The notes under the pieces: model-generated
Databases searched by the model: none
What the model was told of the DNA's origin: nothing
Seen by the model: the letters and a program-made list of their open reading frames with translations, nothing else
In this document: positions 41,223-53,701 of the stretch, one piece after another
Layout of the letters: the number at the start of each line of letters is the position of its first letter
How positions within the stretch are numbered: the first letter of the stretch is position 1
Made by a program: the position numbers and the translations under genes
Source: Cycas panzhihuaensis
Lineage: Eukaryota > Plantae > Cycadophyta
Direction: 5' to 3'
Assembly: GCA_023213395.1 (NCBI GenBank)
Contig: CM041465.1
Coordinates: 174,475,741 to 174,539,740, forward strand
Length of the DNA: 64,000 nt

Positions 41223-42832
41223 TTTGGTATCAGAGCAAGAGGAGACTAGTTCCCTTTGTTCTGTTTGTAGCTACTCAAGGAGATTCAAAGAAGGGCTTCA
41301 AACCCTTGGTGACGACCTTCACCCTTCGAAGGCGATCCAAGGTTTGTTTGAGACCATTATCTTGCAGGTTCAAGCTTCTGGAGCAGCATTGAAAGGCTGG
41401 ACCACTCCATATTCAGATCTGAATTTTTTTTTTCAGATCACCTTCAAGGGTTTTGAGCAAGTTTACTCACGGTTTTTGTAATTTTTCTACTAAAATCTAC
41501 ATTTTTTAGCTAATTTTTTTCTCACATTTGGGTGCTGAGCTATTCTCTAGCCATTTGAAGCTCTCAGACTGAATTTATTTGAAGTTTGAGGACCCTTGCA
41601 GGCTGTGGATCAATTTCTGGGCATTTTCAGCCTTGAAACCCCACTAAAAAAGCATAAAAATTATAGTTTTTCACTCTTTTTTCTCATATCAAGTTAGTTG
41701 TCCACATACTGACCCTGCATGCAGCTGTAGCAGACTTAAGGGAAGAGTTTTAGAGATTAATATGAGGGTTTAAAACCCCGAACAACCATACGGCTCCAGT
41801 TTTCCTTTCTCAAGGACGTATAACCAGCCATAACTTCAATTACTTGTAGCTCTTAGCACATTTGACGAAAAGCCTTGAGATTTTAGAGGGAGTTGGATAC
41901 CACTTGGGCACCCCTCCTCCTGAATTTTCAGCACAAACAGAGGTCTCTACATGCTGTTCTCATCATTTGCGTGTCCACGGGAGTCGGCCAAGTCACGCTG
42001 CCATGAACGAGCTTTTTTTTATTTTGAAAAATTCAAATCAAACTTTTGATTTTTGAACCTTATTTTATACTTTTAAGAATATTTCTCTAAATATTGTTGG
42101 CTGGATATTAAAATTTCTGGGTTTAAATCCTCAATCAAGGCTCCCTGCGTGGTGTTCTTGCTGCTCAAATTTGTAAAAAGAAAAAAAAATATATATATTT
42201 TTTTGAATTTCAACCTTTGTTTTTGGCTCTTTAAGCTTTTTTTAACACTTAATTAATGTTGCATAAGTGTTAATTGTCTTAGGTGAAGTGATTTTAAGCG
42301 TTTGCACATTGTAAAAGTGATATTTATCACTATTTCAAACACTTCTTTAAGGCACCTTGCATGGTGACTTATTGCCCTTAGTCTCAAAAAGGGCTCTAAA
42401 AAAACACTTTGTACTTAATAAAATCACTTCTTTTTTATCGTTGGGACTATTTTAAAGTCCCAACACTTGGTGCTTGGTATCCTATTTTGCAAGTGGTTCT
42501 CTTACCTTCACTTTTGAGCATTAAAAGGAACCCACTTGTATTTTCATCACAAAGTTTTGCCTTGCTTCATTGAGTACTTAAGCACATTTTCAAAGTACTT
42601 TTTTGCAAAACTCATTGTAATCAAGCATCTGTTTTTTACTTGGATCTACATAAGCACTATATTTCATTAAAGTGATCATTGTAATAACACTTCAAGTGTT
42701 TATATTGATTGACTAAAATTGCTTCATTTTGAAGCCACTCTTTCATTGTAAAGCTTAATCAAGCATTCTCATAAGTACATCATCCAAGTAAAATAAATCT
42801 AAGTTCACTTTAAAACTGCTAAAAAGCGACTT

Positions 42833-43222
42833 AAAATCTTGTTGGAGAGGCCCGAAAAAGGTTCAAACCTTGCCTCTGAAATAACCTTAAGCTTGGTGCA
42901 TTCCCTAGGGGACCAACCGACCGTACGATCAGTGTACGACAATTAAGGTTGCTTGAGGGAAAGGAGGTTCGAAAAGGGTGTTATTGGGGCTGTGAATCCC
43001 AGGGAAAGCATGGTACGTCCATGCAAATCAACCCTACCTGCCTTGTCCTAGATTTAACTTGGCCAACTGTTGGATCTCCTCTATAAGATCAGAGTTGGAC
43101 CAACTCCATAGTCTAGTCCTCCACCCCTCATCATTCCATTCAGTTGTTGGATCTTCTAGTAAGATCAGGACTGTTGGTTTCGTCAGAAGGTGGAACTTAA
43201 GTAACGAAAACTTTGAGTTTCC
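42833..43222 (+). promoter_or_regulatory. Candidate structured cis-acting RNA at the end of the copia B leader
   Basis: Non-coding block conserved with 48672-49060 (minus); multiple hairpins with compensatory changes; ends 36 nt before the gag ATG. Confidence 0.7.
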
Positions 43223-43258
43223 AAGTTATCTGCTAGCTTCAAGCTTTATAACTGAAAC

Positions 43259-46200
43259 ATGGCTGCTATCAACATGCTAAATGCATGCACCATTCGATTA
43301 ATAGGTCAAGATAACTATCAAGAATGGAAAAGAATCACTCAGAATTTGTTGATCATGAATGAATTTTGGGGTTATGTTTCTGGAAGACTACCCCAACCTG
43401 TACCTGTTATCAATGGCAATGTAACTATGCAACCTGATGATGCTTTAGTTGTCACTTGGGAAGCCAAAGATGAAATCGCTTTGGTATTTCTTCATATGAT
43501 TGTTGATGTACATGTGGATCAAAACATTGCTTGTGCTAAAACTTCTAAGGAAGCTTGGGACATTTTGTCCTCATTGTATGAAAGGCGAGATGAAGCTCGC
43601 ATTTTAATGGTTAAAGCCAAATTGTATTCTGTAAAGTTTGTCAAACCCATGTCAGCTTTTCTTTCCCCCATCAAGGAGGTATGTAATGAGTTGAATACAC
43701 TAGGTAGTCCAGCAACAAGAGATGAACTGATCACATCTATCACCAAAGCTTTGCCAAAGGACTACAATGGCTTCATATCATCCACTACAAGAGATGGTTC
43801 TCTCAAAAGAATGACATTCAATGAATTTGAAAGTCTACTACTTCAAGAAGAACAAATCTACACCAAGGATAATGAGGAGGAACCATCCACATCAAGTGCA
43901 TTCACGGCCAAATCAAAGGCCAAGCAGAACCCTAAACCTGCACTCTCAAAGCAGTTTGGGAACATGAACATTGGGTCTTCAAGGACCAATGTTGTATGTC
44001 ATTATTGTGGCAAACCTGGCCACATAGCACCTGATTGTCGAAAAAAGCAAGCAGATCTACTTCAACAGCAGCAGCAACCACGTCAACCAAATCAACGACA
44101 GTAGCAGCCACATCAGCAATACCAACAAAGATTTCGGCAACAACAGTAGCAACAGCAACCCCCTCGACCAAATCGAGGTGCCTATCGAGGACGTCAAAGA
44201 GGAAGGGGGGGTTTTAGAGGTGGCAATCAATGCCACTTTAATCAGTTTGCAGATGAAGACAAACTGTTTTGTGCATATCAAACATCTAAGGTTGATGAAA
44301 CTTAGATTATTGATTCTGGAGCTTCACAACACATGACTAGAAGTGAAGAGCTCCTCACCGACATCAAGGAAGGTAAAGGTCAATCAGTGACCTTTGGGAA
44401 CAATCAATCTGTTAAGATTTCTGGAATAGGCACAATAACTCCATTTCATTCTTCATGAAATCCTTCCTCTTCATTTCTCAATGGCAATGCCTACTTCATA
44501 CCTTCAATGGACAAGAACTTACTATCTGTTAGCAAGTTAGACAAGCAACAGATGAGTGTCTTGTTCAAAAATGGGAAATGTGTAATCAGTGACAAAGATG
44601 ACCAAGTAGTAGCTGTTGGATATGAGGATCAAGGCCTCTACAAGTTGGATGCAAATAATATAACACTTGATTCTACTTACTCTGGTTCAATTGTCACTCC
44701 ATACTTGTCCAAGATGCAACTTTGGCATCAACGTCTAGGCCATTTGAGCTTAGACAATTTGAGGCAGATGATCAACAAGAATATGGTACATGGGCTTCCA
44801 AAGATCTATGGCACAAAATGTCTTTGTAAAGCATGCATTGTGGGGACTCAGCATCGCTTGTCTTTCCCTAAAGGCAAAGCATGGCGTGCATCACATCCTT
44901 TGCAGTTGGTACACTTGGATTTGTGTGGACCTATATCCACCGCATCTTTTGGAGGAGCTTTGTATTACATCTCCTTCATTGATGACTTTTCTCACAAAGT
45001 CTGGGTCTACTTCATCAAGCACAAGTCTGAAGCTTTTTCCAAATTCAAAGAATTCAAGCTTGAAGTAGAAAACGAGTCTGGCCACTCCATCAAAACATTT
45101 AGGACAGACAATGGAGGAGAATTTACTTCAAAGGAATTCACCCAATATTGTAAGGATAATGGCATTCAGAGACAACTGACTATTCCTCACACTCCTCAAC
45201 AAAATGGAGTCTCCGAACAAATGAACAGAACTTTGGCTAATAAAGCCAAAGTAATGATGCATGCACAAGGACTCACTCGAGCTTCTTGGCGAGCTTTTCA
45301 CAATGGCCTATGTGGCCAATCGCAGTCCAACTACAACAATCACCAATATGACACCCGAGGAAGCATGGTCTGGCAAAAAGCCTCATCAACCATTTGAGGA
45401 CTTTTGGGTGCACTGCTTATATGCACATTCCCGATCAGCAAAGGACAAAACTAGACAAGCATAGTCTTAAATGCATCTTTGTAGGATATGCCATTCATAG
45501 CAAAGCCTACAAGCTGTATGATCCCATTGGGAAGAAAATGCATCTCTCAAGAGATGTCATCTTTGCTGAAGAAGATCATAAGGAGTTGCAAACAGCATCC
45601 ATGCAACCTCCCATTGACAAAGGCAAGAAGATTGTTGAGGCCTTCCTTCCCTCTCAATCTTCTACACCATGTACATCATCTGCACCTACTGGACCGTCTA
45701 CATCAACTGATTTTGCTCCACTTGATCCAAGCACATCTTCTATTGATCAACCACTTAAACTAGAAGATCTTGAGATTCAAGTTACTTCGATTCAAAAGTT
45801 ACCAAAATGGTACACACAAACAGTATAGGATGGCCACATCATTGAAGGAAAATGTCCATCAAAATACAGGCAGCAGACCAATTATGCACTTATGGCTGAA
45901 GTGCTATGTGTTGATGAGCCTTCCACTTTTGAGGAGGCTTCTAAAAATGAAAATTGGAAGGCTGCCATGGATGAAGAAATCTATTCTATTGAAAAGAATG
46001 GTACTTGGGATTTGGTTGAATTGCCTAAACACAAACAGGCAATCAGTTGCAAATGGGTCTACAAGACCAAATTCCCTGATGGTTCATTTAAGCTGCAGAA
46101 GGCCCGCCTTGTGGCAAAAGGATTTAAACAAAAAGAAGGCATAGACTATGAAGAAACTTTTGCACCAGTGGTAAATATGAACACCATCAAACTCATCTTG

Positions 46201-47432
46201 GCCTTAGCTGCTCAATACAAATGGCCAGTCTATCAGATGGACGTGAAGAGTGTCTTTCTTAATGGCGATCTTCAGGAGGAGGTATACTTGGAGCAACCTC
46301 CCGGTTACAAAGTACAAGGCAAGGAGCATTTTGTATGTCGCCTAAAAAAGGCGTTATATGGCTTGAAACAAGCTCCACGAGCATGGTACTCAAAGATCAG
46401 TGATTACTTCTTGAGACATGGGTTTCATCGATCTACTTCAGATCCTAACCTATATATAAAACATGAAAAGAACCATGTCAATTTTGTTGCCTTGTATGTA
46501 GATGACTTAGTGATCACTGGCAGTGACACTAAGATGATACACATTCTCCAAGATGACTTGAAGAGAAGTTTCGAGATGACAGATCTTGGACTTCTCCATT
46601 ACTTTTTAGGCTTTGAGATATGGCAACAGCCAGGCTATATCTTCATCTCCCAAGCAAAATACTCTTGAGACATTTTGCAGCGGTTCAAGATGCACGACTG
46701 CAAACCAGTGCCTACGCCAATGGAGAATGGATCTAAGCTTACTCTCAATGAGGAAGCTGCACCTGCATATCCCACACTTTACCGACAATTGATTGGGAGC
46801 CTCATTTATCTCACCAACACTCGACCGGACATTTCATTTGCAGTTGGGATTTGCTCACGATACATGTCTCAACCTAATCAGATACATTGGAATGCAGCTA
46901 AACGCATACTTAAATACATCAAAGGCACATTGCAGCATGGCCTTGAGTATGCGCATAATGAGAACTTCACTGTGGAAGGGTTCTCAGATTCTGATTAGGC
47001 AGGTTGCCAAGATAGCAGGAGATCAATCTCGAGATACTGTTTTTCCCTTGGTTCAGCAGTTGTTTCGTGGAGTTGCAAGAAGCAACCTAATGTTACCTTG
47101 TCCTCCACCGAAGCAGTACAAAGTCGCCATCGGTGACTTGTGAAGCTATCTGGCTATGACGGATTCTTGGGGAACTTGGACTTGAGCAAAATCACCCCAC
47201 CAGGATATATTGTGACAATCAAGGTGTGCTCAAGTTAGCCAAGAATCCAGTTTTTCATGCGCGGACAAAATACATCGATGTTCACCATCACTTCATCAGA
47301 GAACATGTGTAGAATGGTGAGATCAACCTCCAAGATGCACTTCTGGAGGAGCAGACAGCAGATATCTTTACCAAGCCTCTTGGTAGAGAAAAGTTTGTAA
47401 AATTCAGAGATGGTCTTGGTGTCCGACTTAAC
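43259..47432 (+). pseudogene. Copia B gag-pol polyprotein with several stops and frameshifts
   Basis: gag 43259-44104 (CHYCGKPGHIAPDC), protease IIDSGASQHM, integrase 44507-45828 (RTDNGGEF), RT 45892-46668 (LYVDDLVITG), RNase H (GFSDSD*AG..ADIFTKPL). Confidence 0.95.
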
Positions 47433-47453
47433 ATTATAAATAGTAAGGGGGGG

Positions 47454-48007
47454 TGTTAAACCTTATGTTTATATGTTAAAGTTATGTACTTTAATTTTTA
47501 TGTAATATGTGTACTTTTGTACTTTAGGGGTGACTTATCACTTAAGTGATAAAGTGCACTCCCACATTCTTTCTAGTGACACAACGTTGTCACTAAAGGG
47601 TCAAATGGACCCCCATGCATTTTTGCTCACATGAGAGCCCAAAAGGACACATGTCCTACATGCAAGGCATGTATCTTGGATGTTTGACACTTGTCAAACA
47701 TCCAAGGCCTTAGGTCTTTCATTTCACTCTATATGATGAGACCTCTCCTCATTGTCTCACAAGAGAGTTGGGAGTATTGTTATCTTTGTTAGTTTGCTAA
47801 TCAAACTGTTTATTCTTTTGGAGGTTGGACCAATTCCAACTCCGCACATTGGGTATCATTTCTCTTGCTCCTTCATTTTATGCTTTGTCTCTTATGCTTT
47901 CTTTCATCTTGAGAATATTATACTTGTTAAGTATTTGTGCTTCTAGAACTAGAGTGATCCTAGCTTCTAGATCTTGGGATTGTGAGGCCATTAGGCCTCT
48001 TTTCACA
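47454..48007 (+). repeat. 3' LTR of copia B
   Basis: Follows PPT; matches the 5' LTR. Confidence 0.97.
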
Positions 48008-48671
48008 GATGCCTCATCCTGGCGAGAGTAGATTTGCTCTAGTAAATCTCTTTCAAGTTGATTGAAAGTCATTGTGCCAAGTGTGACTCCTTGTGTGATT
48101 GAAGAAATGAAGTCGTTGTATTCCTTTGGTAGTGCATGAATTGTGGCAGTCACAAAGTCTTTATTTGGTGTCGGTTTTCCTAATATAGTCAACTCGTTGT
48201 TGATCTCTTTGATAGAGGACAACAAAGTCGTCATAGGCTTAAAGTAAACAACTTTGCCTTAGTCATTACAATGTGAGTATCATCTTGCCTTTCATACAAA
48301 GAAAACAAAATATCCCATGCATTTTTTTAAGAAACAACATTTACAATATTTTGATCAACAAAATTGTCAATAGTCATATGAATAAATGATAAAGCTATTT
48401 CATCATTAGCTTCCCATGCAACAACCAAAACAAGATTGGGATGGATAATCACATTACTATCTATTGGATTTTCAATTGGAATAGGTTTATTAACTCTATA
48501 TGATATGTAAGCCCAAAGTTCACTCGTAATAAGCAATAATTTTTTTATTTTTATTTTTTATTCCTGAAAGTTATATTATCTAGTTAACTTAATGTGGCTT
48601 GTATTAAGCATGTTTATTGTTGTCATTATATTAAATTTGTTTAAAATGCTCTTGTAACTAAAAAATGACAT

Positions 48672-49060
48672 GGAAACTCAAGGCTTTTGCTGCTTAAGTT
48701 CCACTCACAAATACACCGCCAACCCTAATCTTACAAGGAAGATCAAACAACTAAAGAGAGTAATTTGAGAAGCGAAGGGCTAGGCAATGAGTTGGTCCAA
48801 CCCTGATCATTTTAATAGATTCAACAATTGGCCAAGATCAAATTTAGAACAAGTGAGGTAGGATTGGTCTACACGGATGTATCGTGCTTTCCTTGGAGTT
48901 CACAGCTCCAATTACACCCTTTTCGAACCTCCTTTCCTTCAAAGATCTCAATTGCTATGCATTGATCGTATGGTCGGTTGGTCCCCTTTGGGAATGCACT
49001 AATCTTGAGATGTGAAAGGCAAGGTTTTAATCTTTTTCGGGCCTCTCCAACAAAGATTTT
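48672..49060 (-). promoter_or_regulatory. Homologous structured RNA candidate in the copia A leader
   Basis: Aligns with 42833-43222 and sits in the same position relative to the gag ATG (48626). Confidence 0.7.
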
Positions 49061-50481
49061 TAAGCAATATTTTAAGTGATTAATTGTAAAATAAATTGCT
49101 TATGGAAGATGACGATGTTGCCTTACAATTTGCTTTAAAAACTGATACAAAATGCTTCCAAATGAAGCTGCTTGAGTGTTTAAAATAACACTTCAAGTGT
49201 AATAAAGAGAGCACTAAAAACTTGAAAAAAGTATAAGTGCCAAAAGAGAACTTGCTGCTTACTTGCAGTGCTTAAAGTGGGTTCCTTTTTTAAGTGCAAA
49301 ATCAACCACTTAATGCACAATTTAATCACTTGCACCAAGTCACACGCTACCAAGAAGATGTTAGGACTTAAAATAGTCCTAATACGCGCCAAAAAAAGTG
49401 ATTTTTATCCCTTTTTTGATGACTAGGACTAAGAGGACACCTCACAGGAAGACTTAAACACACATATTCAATGTGAATTTATCACAAAAAAAGTACAAAA
49501 ATGAGTCAAATCACTAAATTTTGAGTCAAAAAACACACTTACAAATTTTTTAAGGTGTTAATTGAACTCAAAAAAATTAAAAAGTGAGTTTTTTCTTGAA
49601 AAAACGATGAAATAAGATTTAAAAACTTAAAAAAAGTAAACTTTAGGGAAAACAAGGTTTATAAAATCTAGAATATTCTAAATGACATCCTAAAATTATT
49701 TTTACAAAGTGAAGGAATAAAATTTTCTTCAAAAGTTCGATTAGGCAGCGACAGGTGCAAATCTGAATACGTAGGTGCTTCGATCTCCTCAATAGAAGCT
49801 CATATCGAGACAAGATTATAGAGGTGGCACGATTTGGGGCCAACAAAGACTCAACTCAAATTTCGCTGCATTTGGTGCATCACAAAGAGAGTACTCAACA
49901 GATGACAAATGACGGAGTTCGAACGGATAACTAGGACAAAAATCAGCCTTCTCAGTGAGATTAATGCTTCAAGACAGGTGCGGCTATGGCTCAGACACCT
50001 ACAGGGAGCTTCAGAGATGAGACAACAAAGAAAAATGAGTTAAAATAATAGTTTTCTTCCTTGGAAATTCGCCTAGCTTTATGAGAAATTTGACCACAGT
50101 GTGTGAAGCTATCGATGTGCAAACTCTAATAGAGATGAACAAGTTTTGAAGCCAACAAAGGGTTGATCACACTGAGAACTTGCAGATCTACTAAAAAAAA
50201 TCCTACAAAATAATTTTTATTTGTAGAAAAATGAAGAAAAATAGTGATTTTCATGTGTTTTCTCTGTTGCACATATAAAATAGACCTCAAAAAAATCCCC
50301 AAAATTAAATTTGTTAATTTCTAGCCTACAAACACTTTGAAATGCTGAAAAAACATAGAAAATAAAACCAAACTTAGCCATGGATTGCCTTCGGAGAGTG
50401 TAGGTTGTCACCAAGGGTTTGGTGCACTTCCTCAAGCCTGCAAACAACAAATACTCCTCTCCAATCTGCTTTGATACCAAA

Positions 50482-51007
50482 TGTTGAGTTGAGCATTCAA
50501 CTTTGATACAAAATGTTGAAGGTAGTATGTGCTCCAATACCGCAATGACGACCTAGGATCTCTTGAAGAGAAAGTATGCTAACATCAAGTGAGCAAGCAT
50601 AAACTCAAGCATATGAAGACAATAGAAATGGAGGAGTAGGAATTGTTCCCATCTCTAAATAATAAGATTAGCTTGTATTTGAATGAGTAGCATGACAATA
50701 CAATACCTCACTCTCACCTCATCTTCTTACTCTACATGAGAAATGGTCTCATTATATAGAGGAGGAGGAAGAATCTTAGGGGGTTGCATGTTTGACACTT
50801 GTCAAACATGCATGCCTTGACCCATGTGCACTCACATGTGCAAAAGTGCATGAGGGGTACATTGACTCTCAAATCATAACATTGTGCTCACTAGAAAGAA
50901 TGTGGGTGTGTACCTTATCACACTAAGTGGTAAAGCACCCTTACATAAAGTACATAAAGTTACAATATAAAGTACAACATTTAATATTTAAACATAAAGG
51001 TCTAACA
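50482..51007 (-). repeat. 5' LTR of copia A
   Basis: Adjacent to PBS (gctttgatacca on plus); followed by TSD taatt. Confidence 0.95.
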
Positions 51008-51012
51008 TAATT

Positions 51013-51422
51013 GTACTTATGTACCATGAGATATATAAATAAAAAGGTGTCCCCTCCATAAGGGAGTGGCTTCTTCTCATAGAGGAGAATCACCCTTTAC
51101 ATCTTAAAGGAGGATGCAACTACTATGTGTGGTCTGCTTAATGTGACATCCGATGTTTAAAAATGAGTCCTTGCCACCATTGCTATATTTGGTACATGGA
51201 AAAACTACCATGGATTTGGGCATTACAGAGGGAAGACATGTAAAGCACAGTTCTAGCCTACAATGCACACAGGAATTCCCTATAATGGGTTGAGAAGCTT
51301 GGTAACTGCTATCCCATTCCTAACTTAATTAACAAACTATTTTACCTCTTAAGAAAATTAATCCAACATTAATTCAAGTAAACATATGGTTTTGCAAGCT
51401 ATAGAGGTGGCAATACGTGACA
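51013..51422 (+). repeat. LTR-like 3' segment (continuous with ~37645-37685 across element A)
   Basis: Diverged direct repeat of 53188-53637; both end in cgtgaca. Confidence 0.6.
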
Positions 51423-51429
51423 AGCAATA

Positions 51430-51699
51430 GAAAATTTTGGAGATTGGTAGAAACAAGTGCCAAAGAAGAGAAGAGAAAAGATTGAGGCAATATTAGATAA
51501 GCAAGTGGCTAAGTCAAGAGAGGAAAGGTATGAATCATACCTTATCATGTGGCAAGGTTTACCACTAGAAGACAATACTTAGATACCTAAAGTAGATGTG
51601 AGAAAACTATATGAAGAGATGTAGAAAGAATTTGAGAAGGCAAATGAGTGCGTGCTCATTTGATGTATGAATATTTCTTTTTGAACCAGGGAGGGATGG
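51430..51699 (+). pseudogene. Gypsy integrase C-terminal chromodomain remnant and PPT
   Basis: KIEAILDKQVAKSREERYESYLIMWQGLPLEDNT*IP; PPT agggagggatgg precedes TGTAGG at 51700. Confidence 0.8.
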
Positions 51700-51782
51700 T
51701 GTAGGAGCATCTATGTAAATACTATACTTAGTGTGCACATAGATGCTCCTACATCATCCTCCCTAGGAAAAAGAATGAATAC
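51670..51782. repeat. Inverted repeat spanning the PPT and LTR start
   Basis: 51700-51716 is the exact reverse complement of 51737-51753; pairing extends imperfectly to ~50 bp. Confidence 0.9.
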
Positions 51783-53187
51783 TTAGTAAAATTTGGAAGT
51801 TGGAATGTTTGTAGGAGAAATGAGTTCTAACTCGCAAACTACGACGTTAGTCGGACATATCTAGTACGAGTTTTCTCATGACACAAGTATCTAACTTGCA
51901 TCTCACAGTTTTTGTAGGAGACACTCGCATGAAGGAGTTTGTAGATTGTGAAAAAGAGAAGTTGTGAGTCGGGAAATCTATGAGTGGAAAAAGGTGCAGG
52001 GAGAACATGGCTATTGATTGGAAGAGACACGCAACCGCATTAGGAGTTATTCACAAATGGGCAAATCACATAGAAGAGAATTGGAGTGTGGAACCTTTTG
52101 CAAGGAAGTGAAGTACGATTTAAACACCGCTGTTAGATTGGGAATATGTGGCATCATCGCAGTGACTTCACGTCTAGAAGATTCGCATGAGGTTGACCAC
52201 CGAAAAGAAATCCATGAGTGAATGAGTTAGCGATGGAAGCAACTGTTGTTAGATCAAGAGGCACGTAGTGAAGATCTATGGACTTCATGCTGGGAGCACT
52301 CGCGATGAAATGCAAGTATGAGAGATGGGCAATTGATGTTAGTTGTGAGCGGTTAAAGCGTGAAGCAAACCACAATGCAACACATGGCCAGTTCACAAAA
52401 TTGAAGAAACACGAAAAGAGCAACGATTGCGTGAGAAGAAACCTATCAACCAACTATCATGGCAACTAATCACAATCCACTATTTGTATGAAGCACGCAA
52501 GTATCATCGGCACGTTGTGCATGTTGATTTAGTGCTAGTGACAATTTAAGATAGAGATCTTCATATAACTAGAGCACATTAAATAATTATGAGTGGAATA
52601 TGGCTAGATCTTGACAGTGTCCCAAAATACACTTTGCGAAGGAGGCTAGAGCAATGAACAAATCCATGGTAAAATCTTGTAATTGTAACTGATGATAGAG
52701 GGAAGGAAAAGTGCACAAAATCAAGAATATATGGGACTTAGGACAAATTGGAAGAGGGCTTTTTGGATTCTTGGTTTTCAACTCTTTAGGTGGTGGTTCA
52801 ATAGAGAATAGGGAGATAACGGAACTTTATTCTTCTATGCACTGTAATTTTCATTCCTTTTGGCATTCTCCATGTAATATGACATTTTAATAGTGATATA
52901 AGATTTCATTTTTAAAGATCCTAGTAGCAATGCTATGTGTTGTGAGTATTTTGTCTGTTCATTGTCTTGTGTTTGGGTTGTTACACCCCTTGTCTTTGAA
53001 AGGTATTGAGTCATTTGGAGATCAATACACTATGAGGTTAGGAGGAGAGCACTACTTCAAATAACTAGGAGGTAGGATGCAATATCCCCTTTTAATTATG
53101 TGGTACCAAGTCCAAAAGTGGTATAGCAAAATTCAAAAAAGGAGTATAAAATGCTTATAAGCTAAATAGATGCATCCTTGAGGCAAA

Positions 53188-53637
53188 TACTCTAAATTTG
53201 ATAACCGATTATCCATTGTACATTGTAAAAGTACTATGAATAAGTGAATATAAAAGATGTCTCCTCACTAAGGAAGTGGTTACTTTTGTAAGAGAGGAGT
53301 ACCCAATACATCATAAGGAAGGATGTGGCCTGTAAGGGAGCAATGGTCAGTAGCAACATCCTATATTCAAAAATGAATCCAAGGCACCATTCCTATATTT
53401 GGTATATGGGAACACCACCACAAAGATGGGCATTGCAAAGGGTGGATGTGCAAGGAATAGTTCTAGCCTAAGGCTAGGGGCAATGCATATAGGAGTGCCT
53501 TATGGTGGGTTATAACACCAAGTGAATTCTCATTCTAACCTTAATTTACAAATTCCTCTCTCTTATTGAAATTAAGCATAAGTTTAATTTTTAAATTTAT
53601 TATGTGCTTGCAAACTATGGAAGGAGAGGTTCGTGAC
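53188..53637 (+). repeat. Second diverged copy of the LTR-like segment
   Basis: Shares ctctaaatttgataaccg, ctatatttggta, agttctagccta and terminal cgtgaca with 37648-37685 plus 51013-51422. Confidence 0.6.
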
Positions 53638-53701
53638 AAAAATATAATCTAAATGCACCATGCACGTGTTGTAATAGATGTCAAAATCGAATTGACCAAG
53701 T

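Larger units (their letters stand above)
40668..48007 (+). mobile_element. Full-length Ty1/copia element B, same family as A, nested antisense in A's gag
   Basis: LTRs 40668-41222 and 47454-48007 (about 96-97% identical by eye), TSD gatgt/gatgc, PBS tggtatcagagc 41225-41236, PPT aaggggggg 47445-47453. Confidence 0.97.
37686..51007 (-). mobile_element. Ty1/copia element A, internally deleted (most of RT and all RNase H lost), host of element B
   Basis: LTRs 37686-38243 and 50482-51007, perfect TSD taatt, PBS 50468-50479, PPT on the minus strand at 38244-38252. gag 48008-48626 continuing below 40667, integrase 39007-39705, RT remnant ends at EEVYLEQP just before the PPT. Confidence 0.95.

Noticed and set aside
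42985-43030. Hammerhead ribozyme resemblance (ctgtga..stem..gaaa..stem)
   Set aside because: Both copies have CUGUGA rather than CUGANGA and lack the UH cleavage site after stem III.
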